A stretch of 64,000 bases of DNA from Parcubacteria group bacterium Gr01-1014_31 (lineage in GTDB: Bacteria > Patescibacteriota > Patescibacteriia > Buchananbacterales > GWA2-38-13), in contig VMFR01000002.1 of assembly GCA_007376135.1 (NCBI GenBank), forward strand, positions 92,870 through 156,869, read 5' to 3'. Position numbers and translations under genes: made by a program. Below the pieces are notes generated by a model. The model had not been told where the DNA came from. It made no database searches and saw nothing but the letters and a program-made list of their open reading frames with translations. This document shows, one piece after another, positions 38,734-48,080 of the stretch (its first letter is position 1; each line of letters starts with the position of its first letter).

Positions 38734-39720
38734 ATGAGTATGGTACCCCCCGGCAACATCCTTATCCCGCGCATCGGCGAAAAGATCGCCGCCGTGCTGC
38801 GGCGGCACAAACTGCGCCCCGAGGTCAGTCCGAAAAAATTCTTGGCGCGCGTCAAAACCAGCAAGCACCGCTACTTCACTCCGGCCCGAACGCCCGAGGG
38901 AACGACGGTGGCATTCTATGCGCGGCTCCACGCCAACCCCGACGCGCAACGGAAATTCCTGACCGAAGTCAGCGTCCTGCGACGGCTCAACCGGATGCCG
39001 CAGCCGTTCGCCCGCTCGGCGCCGCGGCTGCTGTCGGCCGGACGGGAATCCTCATTCGAATGGTTCACCCGCGAGCACATCAACGGCAACCCGCTGGGCC
39101 ACAGCCGCCACTTATCCGGACGGCTGGCTGCCTCCACGGTGGCGCAGCTGGCCTCCTCCATCGTTTCCATCGGCCAACTGCCGCCCAAGGAGCTGCGGGT
39201 CAAACTGCAGCGGTTCAATCCCGATAACTACCGCATCGACCGCCAGTGCTACGGGCTGGCCCAAGCGGCAGCGGTACCGGCGACCACCTGCCGCGGCGTC
39301 GGCCGCCTGGTTTCGAACAATCGCCAGCTACTGCATCGCTGCAACCGGGTGGTCGCGCACGGCGACCTGAATTTAGGCAACATCCTGGTGGACGGCGGGA
39401 TCGTGCGCATCGTGGATTGGGAACTGGCTCAGCTCAACAACTTGGCCTACGACCTGGGGTATTTGTGGGTTCATCTCTGGGAAGCTCCCAAACGCTTCCG
39501 CCAGCTCCTGCTGCAATCATTTGTCCGGCAGTTGCCGTCGCCGCAGCGCGCCCTCTTCCGCCAGCTCCTGCCGGTGGTGGTCGCGTACCTGGCGATCGGC
39601 GGCATCCCCTACCGGAGGAGCGCGCATGAACGCCACGCCGAACAGGAACGGCGGCGGCGCTACCATGTTCGGTTGCTGCAGCAATGCCTGCACGGCTTTT
39701 CCGCCCTGCGGAACGCCTAA
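38734..39720 (+). CDS. APH/choline kinase-like phosphotransferase
   Basis: HGDLNLGNI and VDWE motifs; start may be 38740. Confidence 0.85.
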   Translation: MSMVPPGNILIPRIGEKIAAVLRRHKLRPEVSPKKFLARVKTSKHRYFTPARTPEGTTVAFYARLHANPDAQRKFLTEVSVLRRLNRMPQPFARSAPRLLSAGRESSFEWFTREHINGNPLGHSRHLSGRLAASTVAQLASSIVSIGQLPPKELRVKLQRFNPDNYRIDRQCYGLAQAAAVPATTCRGVGRLVSNNRQLLHRCNRVVAHGDLNLGNILVDGGIVRIVDWELAQLNNLAYDLGYLWVHLWEAPKRFRQLLLQSFVRQLPSPQRALFRQLLPVVVAYLAIGGIPYRRSAHERHAEQERRRRYHVRLLQQCLHGFSALRNA

Positions 39721-39731
39721 CGCCAACGCCT

Positions 39732-40865
39732 ATGTCGAAACGATTGCGCATCGCGATGTTCTGCACCAACGAGTGGCAAACGCCGCCGCCCCAGAACACG
39801 TTCTACGCGCCGTTGTGGATCGCCCAGGCCATCGCCGAAGGATTGCATCGCCGCGGCCACCGCATAACGTACTTCGGCGCCCGCGGCTCCACGCTGCGCG
39901 CCCCGCTGGCGCACCTGAACATGCCCGCCATCAAAACCAACCGTCAACTCAAACCGTTCCTCGCTCGGCAGAATGAAACGGTGGTGAACTTCTACGAACA
40001 GTTGATGATCGCCGAGATCTACCGGCGTGCCAACCGCGGCGATTTCGACCTCATCCACATCCACCCCTACCGGCGGGCCATCCAGTTCGCGCCCCTCACG
40101 CAAACGCCCACGGTCATTACCCTGCACGATCCGATCGAGGACTTCCGCCGCTACATGCTGCAGCAGACGGTGACGCAACGGAACACGCACCTCATCTCCA
40201 TCAGCAACGCCCAGCGGAAACCCGCTCCGCGGCTCAACTTCGCGGCCACGGTCTACAACGGCGTACGCCTCGCCGACTACCCCTTCAACCCCGCGCCGGG
40301 CAACCACCTCGTCGCGGCTGGACGCTTCGTACCGGAAAAAGGCATCGACGTGGCCGTCCAGGTGGCGGCGCTCGCCAAAACTCCGCTGCGGCTGGCGGGC
40401 GGACAGGCCGAGGGGCACTACTGGGACGCTTACATCAAACCCTACGTGCGGCCGCGCGGCCGAACCCGCTACGTGGGGATGCTGAAGTCCCGGGAGATGG
40501 GCAAATTCTACGGCTCCGGTCGAGCACTTCTCTACCCGCTGCGCTGGGAGGAACCGTTCGGCCTGGTGATGGTGGAGGCTATGGCCTGCGGCACGCCGGT
40601 CATCGCGTTCCCGCACGGCTCGGTGCGGGAGCTGGTCAAAGACGGCGTGACCGGGTTTGTGGTGCACACCATCCCGGAAATGGTACGGGCCATCAAAAAG
40701 GTGGGCGCCATCGACCGCGCCGCCTGCCGCGCCTGGGTGGAGAAAAAATTCAGCACGGAAAAAATGGTCGATGGATACGAAAATGCCTTCTACGACATTC
40801 TCACGCAAGAACGACGGAGTGCAAAACGCAAAATGCAAAACGCAAAACAACAACGCAAAAAATAA
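39732..40865 (+). CDS. GT4 glycosyltransferase
   Basis: EEPFGLVMVEAMACGTP; start at 39732. Confidence 0.92.
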   Translation: MSKRLRIAMFCTNEWQTPPPQNTFYAPLWIAQAIAEGLHRRGHRITYFGARGSTLRAPLAHLNMPAIKTNRQLKPFLARQNETVVNFYEQLMIAEIYRRANRGDFDLIHIHPYRRAIQFAPLTQTPTVITLHDPIEDFRRYMLQQTVTQRNTHLISISNAQRKPAPRLNFAATVYNGVRLADYPFNPAPGNHLVAAGRFVPEKGIDVAVQVAALAKTPLRLAGGQAEGHYWDAYIKPYVRPRGRTRYVGMLKSREMGKFYGSGRALLYPLRWEEPFGLVMVEAMACGTPVIAFPHGSVRELVKDGVTGFVVHTIPEMVRAIKKVGAIDRAACRAWVEKKFSTEKMVDGYENAFYDILTQERRSAKRKMQNAKQQRKK

Positions 40866-40902
40866 AAGATTTCTTTTACGCTTTTCGCTTTGCATTTTTC
40901 GC
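40821..40902. repeat. Heptamer-periodic inverted repeat
   Basis: gcaaaac gcaaaat gcaaaac gcaaaac ... tttacgc ttttcgc tttgcat ttttcgc. Confidence 0.7.
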
Positions 40903-40911
40903 TGACTTTCT

Positions 40912-42774
40912 ATGCAGCTTGAAGACGGCCTGTGGATCGACGACGGATTTTACGTCGACTTCGACGAGCAGGGCCAGTTCCGCATCATCGGCCCCAATAA
41001 CCACCTCTACTGTGGGCTGGTGGACATTCCGCGCCACCGTCTGCGGGTCCGCAGCGTGCGCTCGCCGCAGCCCGGGACCGTCGTGGTCAGCGGCAGTTTC
41101 GTCGGACCCGCCGTCAACCTCTACTACCCGGCGATGGACGACATCCGCACCATGCGGACGTTCGCCGGCAGCGACTCATTCCTGGCGGCGCGTCAGAAAT
41201 CCTTCGACCGCCTGGTACCCCACCACATGCACCGCACGCGGCGGAACGGCCAGACCGTGCTGGAATTCTCCCGCCACTACCATGAACGGCTGTCCTACCG
41301 GTGCAGTTTTTCCTTTCCCTCGGCCGTCGCGGTCAAAAAGATCACCCGGCCGTTCGCGGGATTCCGCGTCAGCAGCGCTACGGCCCGCGCCGCCATCCCG
41401 TTCACCCTGACGGCGCAAACTAACGATCTGGCCGCCCACCACCCGTTGAAGCGCTACTTCCTCCAGGATGCCGGCGACCTGCCGTTCGAATTGTTCGGCA
41501 AGCGCCAGCACATTCTGCGCGCGTTCTGGGAACGCACGGCGGTGGAGATCGCTCACCTCATCGCCTGGGGAAAAACGTCCGGCGACCGCTTCGGCACGAT
41601 CTTTCCCCGCGACTGGATGGAATCGGCCGACCTGGGCGTGCATGACCTGACGCCGGAAGCGCGCGCCCACATGTATACGGTCAGCCTCCGCCACGTCAAC
41701 ACCAAAGGCGAGGGATGGCACGAGGATGTCGTGGGCGAGTACCGCTACGAGTACCAGCTCTCGGGCCGCGACATCTACGACCGGCACATGATCGACATCG
41801 AACCCCACTACCTGATCGGATTGCAACAACTGCCGCAGGAGATCCTCCTTGACCCCCAGGTGCGTACGGCCTTGCAGCGGGTCGCCCGCTATGTCGTGGC
41901 CCAGGCGCGGTCAAAGGAATTCATCACCTTTAAAAAATTGCCCCCGCGCGACCGTAAAACCGGCAACCAGTACTATGTGAGCGGCAACTGGCGCGACAGC
42001 GAGTGGGCGTTCAAAAAGATCGGCCAAGACATCGCGCCCTTCGATGTCAACGCGGTCTTTTACCCCAAGGCGCTCGCCGTCCTGAAGGAATTCCAGCGGC
42101 CGCTGGGCGTGAAAACCGCTGACCTGGACGAGCTGATCTCCCGCTGGCACGCCAAGGAGCAGTATTTCCGTTTCACCAACAAAGACGGCACGAGCGCGTA
42201 TGCGCTGGCCGTCTATGGCATCCACGGCCGCGGGGCGGCGGTACGCTGCAACCAGCTGAAAGTCAACCATCTGGACGAGGCCTACCGCTACACCTACGCC
42301 ACCGCCACGCGTGACCAGGTCGTCAGCTTCTGTAAGCGCCTGACCGACCCGGCCTACTTCTTCACCAAGTACGGTCCGCTCCTGGTGGCGAACGTCAACG
42401 ACCACGGCTACACCAACCGCGAGTACCATGGTCAGGTCATCTGGATGAAACAGGCCGCCTACGCCATCTTGGGCTTGAGCAAGCACCTCAAGATCGCCGT
42501 GGTGGAACGATGGCCCGCCGATGTGCAACGCTTGATCAAGGAGGCAATGCTGCAGGTCAGCATCGGGGTCATTTCCGCCTGCGTACAGCTCAACGCCATC
42601 CCCGAACTCCATTGGGTGGATGGAGGCCAGCCGAAATTCTTCCCCATCTCGTCCAGCAAAGTTCAGCTTTGGTCGGCGGTGGGCGTGCGGCGCATCATCC
42701 GCAAGTATCTGGAGCTGCAAACCGATCCGAATTACCGTACAATAAAGACGGCTGTGACCTGGCCCAAACTATGA
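40912..42774 (+). CDS. Putative (alpha/alpha)6-barrel glycoside hydrolase or phosphorylase-like protein
   Basis: FPRD, GNWRDS, PFDVN, YHGQVIW, PE and QLWS motifs resemble debranching-like six-hairpin enzymes. Confidence 0.6.
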   Translation: MQLEDGLWIDDGFYVDFDEQGQFRIIGPNNHLYCGLVDIPRHRLRVRSVRSPQPGTVVVSGSFVGPAVNLYYPAMDDIRTMRTFAGSDSFLAARQKSFDRLVPHHMHRTRRNGQTVLEFSRHYHERLSYRCSFSFPSAVAVKKITRPFAGFRVSSATARAAIPFTLTAQTNDLAAHHPLKRYFLQDAGDLPFELFGKRQHILRAFWERTAVEIAHLIAWGKTSGDRFGTIFPRDWMESADLGVHDLTPEARAHMYTVSLRHVNTKGEGWHEDVVGEYRYEYQLSGRDIYDRHMIDIEPHYLIGLQQLPQEILLDPQVRTALQRVARYVVAQARSKEFITFKKLPPRDRKTGNQYYVSGNWRDSEWAFKKIGQDIAPFDVNAVFYPKALAVLKEFQRPLGVKTADLDELISRWHAKEQYFRFTNKDGTSAYALAVYGIHGRGAAVRCNQLKVNHLDEAYRYTYATATRDQVVSFCKRLTDPAYFFTKYGPLLVANVNDHGYTNREYHGQVIWMKQAAYAILGLSKHLKIAVVERWPADVQRLIKEAMLQVSIGVISACVQLNAIPELHWVDGGQPKFFPISSSKVQLWSAVGVRRIIRKYLELQTDPNYRTIKTAVTWPKL

Positions 42775-43745
42775 ACCGCCACCACTACACGTACGACCAC
42801 CCGCGAGCGCGCCGCGGCAAGATCCGCGACGCCGAATTGCGCAAGGACTACATCCAGGACAAGTACGTCATCATCGCGCCGCGCCGCGGCAACCGGCCGC
42901 ATGAACTTGAGCGCGTCGTCCGCGCGCGGTCGGCGGTCCGCAAAACCTGCGCGTTCTGCCCGGGATTAGTGGAGCAACAGCGGCAGATCATGACCGTGGA
43001 GGCCAAGCGCGGCTGGATGATCAAGGTCATCACCAATAAATTCCCCGCGGTCACTCTGGATAACCCCCGGGCCTACGGCATGCAGGAGGTCGTGGTAGAA
43101 ACACCCGACCACCGGCCGGAACTGGAAGAGCTGCCGACGGACCACATCGCAACGCTGTTTGCCGTCTACGCCGAGCGCACCAAGCAAATCTCCGAGAACC
43201 CGCGCATCGAGTACATCATTATTTTCAAGAACCAAGGGGGGACGGCCGGCGCGTCCATCCTGCACGCCCACTCGCAGATCTTTGCCACCGACTTTTTGCC
43301 GCCGCATCTGCTGGATAAGTCGCAGGTGGTCCAAGCCTACAAGCTCAAGACCGGCCGCTGCGTCTACTGCGACGTCATCCGCCGCGAACGGAAGTCCCCG
43401 CGCATGGTCTACGATGACGGCATCGCCGTGGCGTTCACGCCCTATGCGTCGCTCTACAACTACGAACTGTGGGTCATGCCAGCGCGGCACATCGACAACA
43501 TCACCCAGATGAACGCCGAGGAGCGGCGGTCCTTCGCCCACGTCTTCAAACGCGCGCTCAGAAAGATCACGCAGCTGGGGCTGCCATACAACTACTACTT
43601 CCACCAGGTGGTCCACGATGAGGACCAGCACCTCTACTTCAAGATCACCCCGCGCGGCTCGGTGTGGGCCGGCGTTGAAATTGGTTCGGGGGTCATCATC
43701 AACCCGGTCCCGCCCGAGGAGGCGGCCGCGTACTATCGAAAATAG
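42771..43745 (+). CDS. Galactose-1-phosphate uridylyltransferase-like (HIT) protein
   Basis: ELRKD, CAFCP, NKFP, FKN.G..AGASILHAHSQI, CVYC; start at 42771. Confidence 0.88.
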   Translation: MNRHHYTYDHPRARRGKIRDAELRKDYIQDKYVIIAPRRGNRPHELERVVRARSAVRKTCAFCPGLVEQQRQIMTVEAKRGWMIKVITNKFPAVTLDNPRAYGMQEVVVETPDHRPELEELPTDHIATLFAVYAERTKQISENPRIEYIIIFKNQGGTAGASILHAHSQIFATDFLPPHLLDKSQVVQAYKLKTGRCVYCDVIRRERKSPRMVYDDGIAVAFTPYASLYNYELWVMPARHIDNITQMNAEERRSFAHVFKRALRKITQLGLPYNYYFHQVVHDEDQHLYFKITPRGSVWAGVEIGSGVIINPVPPEEAAAYYRK

Positions 43746-43867
43746 TTCCGGCGGACCACGACGCGTCCGGCTCATGCCGGACGCGTTTTTTATTGTATAA
43801 TAGGAGCACTCCACCGCACCCCCTTGTCTGCGGTGGTACCCCCGGGGTACTATCCGGCAATCATCAT

Positions 43868-44755
43868 ATGCCCAACTCTCACATCGGCGTTGACGTCGGC
43901 GGCACCAAGATTGCGGCCGGCATCGTGCGCGGCAGCCACGCGGTTCGCGTCACGACCATCCCCACGCCAAAAACCGGCCGGCGGGAGGTAGTCGCCGCGA
44001 TCGTCCAGCTGGTCAAAACCCTGGATGGCCCGCGCTCAACCCGCGTGGGTATCGGCATTGCCGGCGCGGTGAACGCGGCAAAAGGGATCGTGTACTCCAG
44101 TCCGAACCTGCCGCCGGATTTCAAGAACGTACCGCTGGCACGATTGGTAGCGCGCGCCGTGCGACGTCCGACCAGGATCGAGAATGACGCCAAATGTTTC
44201 GCATTGGCGGAAGCGACGCTGGGTGCCGGGCGCGGCAAGCGCATTGTTGCCGGCTTCACGCTGGGATCCGGCATCGGCTTTGGCATCGTCATGGACGGGA
44301 AAATTTTGCACGGCCGCGGCGGTATTGCCGGAGAATTGGGCCACACCACCGTCGTGGAAGATGGCCTGCCCTGCAGCTGCGGGCAGCGCGGCCACCTGGA
44401 AAGCTACGCCTCGGGACGGAGCATGACGCGCCTCTACCGGCGGCTGACCGGCAAAACGGTCAACTCATTCGAGCTGGAACGGCGCGCCAAAGACCACGAG
44501 GCGGCGGCGCGACGAGTGGTCGCGTACGGCGCCGAGATCCTGGCCATCGGCCTGGCCAACGCCATGACCACCTTCAACCCTGATATCATCGTGCTCGGAG
44601 GCGGCCTGAGCCGGGTACCGATCTACTGGCGCCCCGCCGCACGGCGCGCGTCACAACTGGTTCCCTACCGCCAGTTCCTCCCCACCCCGATCGTCAAGGC
44701 AAAGTTTGGCTCCCAAGCCGGCTTGATCGGCGCAGCGCTGGTGGCCAACACCTAG
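43868..44755 (+). CDS. ROK family sugar kinase
   Basis: GVDVGGTK, ENDA, GELGH, CSCGQRGHLE. Confidence 0.93.
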   Translation: MPNSHIGVDVGGTKIAAGIVRGSHAVRVTTIPTPKTGRREVVAAIVQLVKTLDGPRSTRVGIGIAGAVNAAKGIVYSSPNLPPDFKNVPLARLVARAVRRPTRIENDAKCFALAEATLGAGRGKRIVAGFTLGSGIGFGIVMDGKILHGRGGIAGELGHTTVVEDGLPCSCGQRGHLESYASGRSMTRLYRRLTGKTVNSFELERRAKDHEAAARRVVAYGAEILAIGLANAMTTFNPDIIVLGGGLSRVPIYWRPAARRASQLVPYRQFLPTPIVKAKFGSQAGLIGAALVANT

Positions 44756-44767
44756 CACCAATCCATC

Positions 44768-47596
44768 ATGCCTATCCCCGGGCTCACACCCGTTCCCAAT
44801 CGCCCCTCGTCATGGCGCTACGGACCCGCCACCCGACGACGGCCGCCGCTGCGACGACGTTGGTTGCGACTCTTGCTGGCAGCGATCGCCCTCCTGACCG
44901 TCGGCGGCGCTATTTTTGTTATTGGCCTGGCCGCGTGGCTGGCCAAAGACCTGCCGGACCCCAACCGCTTGAGCCAACGGGCAGTCGCCCTGACCACAAA
45001 ACTCTTCGACCGCACCGGAAAAACCGTGCTCTATGAGATCCATGGCCCGGAACGCCGGACGCTGGTCCCGCTCGCCGACATCCCAAAATACTTGGTCCAG
45101 GCGACGCTGACCGCCGAGGATCGGGATTTCTATCATCATAAAGGCTTCAGTATCACCGGCATCATTCGTTCCGTGCTCCGCAACGTCCGCACGGGCAGCC
45201 GCGTCGGCGGTTCCACGCTCACCCAACAGTTCGTCAAGAACGCCATTCTCACGACGGAGAAAACCTACACCCGCAAGATCAAGGAGGTGCTGCTCGCCTA
45301 TCAGATGGAACGGCACTTTACCAAGGATCAGATCCTGCAGCTCTACTTCAACGAGATACCCTACGGCAAGAACGCCTACGGCGCGCAGGCGGCCGCCGAA
45401 ACCTACTTCGGCAAGGGCGTCAAAGACCTGACCGTGGCGGAAGCGGCGGTGATCGCGGCCATGACCCAGCGGCCCAGCTACTTTTCCCCGTACGGCAGCC
45501 ACCGCGATGAGCTGGTCGTACGGCAACGCTGGATCTTGGATTCCATGGTCGAAGAGGGCTACCTGACCGCAGCACAAGCGACCGCGGCCAAAGAAGAGAA
45601 ACTAACGTTCCGGCAGCTGACGGATAACATCTTAGCGCCGCACTTCTCGCTCTACATCAAGGAGCTGCTCTCGTCCCGTTACGGCGAGAGCGCCGTGGAA
45701 ACCGACGGCCTGCAGGTCATCACCACCCTGGATCTGGAAAAACAGAAGCTGGCGGAAGCCGCGATCGCCGAAGGAGCGGAGAAGAATGAAAAATTCGACG
45801 CCGGCAATGCCGCGCTGCTGGCGGTTGACCCGGCGACCGGCCAGATCGTCGCCATGGTAGGGTCGCGAGACTTCTTCGACGAGGATATCGACGGCCAGGT
45901 CAACGTCGTGACGCGGCCGCGGCAGCCGGGGTCCTCGTTCAAACCGGTCGTCTACGCGGCCGCATTCCGCAAAGGGTTCACGCCGGAAACGGTGCTCTAC
46001 GACGTGGTCACGCCGTTCATCAACTACGACGGGAACGTGTACGAACCGAAAAACTACACGCTCAAGGAGTACGGCGCGGTCGCCATGCGCCAGGCGCTGG
46101 CGGGATCGCTCAACATCCCCGCGGTGCAAACCATCTACCTCACCGGCATCGGCAACGTCCTGCAGCTGGCCGAGGAACTGGGCTACACGACGCTGAAACC
46201 GCGCTCGCGGTTCGGCCTCAGCCTGGTGCTGGGCGGCGGTGAGGTGACGCTCCTGGAGCATGTTGGGGCCTTCGCCGCGTTCGCGCGCGACGGGGAACGC
46301 CGCCCGATCACCCCGATCCTCAAGGTCACCAACCGCAATGGCGAAGTACTGGAAGAGTACCGCGACCAACCCGTCAAAGTGCTCGAAACCCAAGTGGCGC
46401 GCCAGCTTAACTCCATCCTCTCGGACAATGCCGCGCGGACGTTCATCTTCGGGGCCCAGAATTCTCTGATCCTGCCGGACCGGCCAGTCGCCGCCAAAAC
46501 TGGTACAACCAACGACTACAAAGATGCCTGGACCATCGGGTTCACCCCGCAGTTGGTCACCGGCGTGTGGGTCGGCAATAGTCGCGGCGAGGAAATGAAA
46601 CGGGGGGCGGACGGATCAGTGGTCGCCGCCCCCATCTGGCAGCGCTTTATGCGCGAAGCGTTGAGCGGCCTCCCGGTGGAAGAATTCCGTCCGCCGGAAC
46701 CGGTCACCACCGGAAAACCGGTCCTGGATGGCACCATCAAGGACGGTCTCAAGATCGTTGTCGACCGCGCCTCCGGGAAACTCGCGACCGAACGGACACC
46801 GCTGAATTTCCGCGAGGAGCGCGCATTCCTGGTACCCCATAGCATTCTCCACTACCTCAACCCGGACGACCCGCGCGGACCCGAGCCCGCTGAGGGCCAA
46901 CGCGACCCGCAGTACGGCGTGTGGGAGGCGGCAGTGCAGCGCTGGGCCAGCGAGCAGGAACTGACCATCAGCGAACCGCCGACCGAGGAGGACGACCTGC
47001 ATGTGCCGGCCAACACTCCCACGATCCGCTTGGTCAGCCCGTCAGGCGGCGAGCGTTGGACCAGCCGACAGCTGCATCTCCAGTCGTGGGCGGCCGCCCC
47101 GCGCGGCGTGCGCCGCGTGGAATATCGGCTCGGCGGCGTGCTGATGGGGACCGCCTGGCAGGAACCGTTCGCCCTGGACTTTTTCCTCGATAACGCCAAT
47201 GTGGCCAACGGCTACGCGACGCTCACGGCCACGGCCTACGACGACGTGGACAACGCGGCGAGCGCCTCGGCCAATGTGCTCCTCGACCTGCCGCTCCTGG
47301 AACGCGGCATCATCTGGTCGGCCCCGCGCGACGGCGTCATCCTGGAGACTAAGCAGTTCCCGGTCACGCTGCAGCTGAACCTCATCCGCCCGGAGCAGGT
47401 CAAACAAGTGGATGTGGCCGCCCGCGGGCCGGACGGGACCACCTACTTCATCAATTCCATCCGCCAGATCCGCTCGACCGTCGGCACACCCTGGATCCGC
47501 CCGCCGGAAACCGGCATCTTCCGCCTCACCGCAACGGTCACCAATCAGGACGGCTACCAGTACACGAGCGATGAACTGACCGTAGAAGTAAAATAA
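44768..47596 (+). CDS. Class A penicillin-binding protein (PBP1A family) with C-terminal Ig-like domains
   Basis: EDRDF, GGSTLTQQ, RKIKE, SSFK, SLN, KTGT. Confidence 0.95.
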   Translation: MPIPGLTPVPNRPSSWRYGPATRRRPPLRRRWLRLLLAAIALLTVGGAIFVIGLAAWLAKDLPDPNRLSQRAVALTTKLFDRTGKTVLYEIHGPERRTLVPLADIPKYLVQATLTAEDRDFYHHKGFSITGIIRSVLRNVRTGSRVGGSTLTQQFVKNAILTTEKTYTRKIKEVLLAYQMERHFTKDQILQLYFNEIPYGKNAYGAQAAAETYFGKGVKDLTVAEAAVIAAMTQRPSYFSPYGSHRDELVVRQRWILDSMVEEGYLTAAQATAAKEEKLTFRQLTDNILAPHFSLYIKELLSSRYGESAVETDGLQVITTLDLEKQKLAEAAIAEGAEKNEKFDAGNAALLAVDPATGQIVAMVGSRDFFDEDIDGQVNVVTRPRQPGSSFKPVVYAAAFRKGFTPETVLYDVVTPFINYDGNVYEPKNYTLKEYGAVAMRQALAGSLNIPAVQTIYLTGIGNVLQLAEELGYTTLKPRSRFGLSLVLGGGEVTLLEHVGAFAAFARDGERRPITPILKVTNRNGEVLEEYRDQPVKVLETQVARQLNSILSDNAARTFIFGAQNSLILPDRPVAAKTGTTNDYKDAWTIGFTPQLVTGVWVGNSRGEEMKRGADGSVVAAPIWQRFMREALSGLPVEEFRPPEPVTTGKPVLDGTIKDGLKIVVDRASGKLATERTPLNFREERAFLVPHSILHYLNPDDPRGPEPAEGQRDPQYGVWEAAVQRWASEQELTISEPPTEEDDLHVPANTPTIRLVSPSGGERWTSRQLHLQSWAAAPRGVRRVEYRLGGVLMGTAWQEPFALDFFLDNANVANGYATLTATAYDDVDNAASASANVLLDLPLLERGIIWSAPRDGVILETKQFPVTLQLNLIRPEQVKQVDVAARGPDGTTYFINSIRQIRSTVGTPWIRPPETGIFRLTATVTNQDGYQYTSDELTVEVK

Positions 47597-47647
47597 AAAA
47601 ACCCGAGGGCGAGACTTGAACGGCGCCGCCAAATGGCGGCGCTTTGC

Positions 47648-48076
47648 TTACCGAGGCGGTACAGGCGCGCCATCAACGCGGTCGTGGCGCCGCGCTGTCC
47701 ACGCACCGGCGATCAGATAAGCGGCAACGCCCGTCAACCCGAGCTGCAGGGTGGGCGACCAACCCGTGTTCAGTAGCGGCACGACGGGCATGAACGGGCC
47801 GTACGCCCAACGGGCGGTTGCCAGCGCCCGCCACTCAATGGCGAGCGCCGCGGTCACGCCGCCGAGAAACAGCAGCGGCAGGCGCAGTTCGCGCCGCGGG
47901 AAACGCCTCACCAGCCACCCCAGGACAGTAATGACGGTCGCGTCAACGGCGGCGGCATACAGCAGCACCGGCCACGTTATGGGCCCGCCGCGGAAGTGCA
48001 GATACAACGGGGCGTGCAAAACCTCCCACACGAGATTGACCGCGTAACTTGCTCCCCAGAGACGCGCCCAGAGCAT
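47648..48076 (-). CDS. Hypothetical membrane protein
   Basis: About four TM helices; NLVWE..H..LY and EW..L...RW.Y...MP motifs. Confidence 0.7.
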   Translation of the reverse strand: MLWARLWGASYAVNLVWEVLHAPLYLHFRGGPITWPVLLYAAAVDATVITVLGWLVRRFPRRELRLPLLFLGGVTAALAIEWRALATARWAYGPFMPVVPLLNTGWSPTLQLGLTGVAAYLIAGAWTARRHDRVDGAPVPPR

Positions 48077-48080
48077 AAGC

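Noticed and set aside
38734-39720. Aminoglycoside resistance gene
   Set aside because: Only generic APH/choline-kinase fold motifs are present; the context is carbohydrate metabolism.
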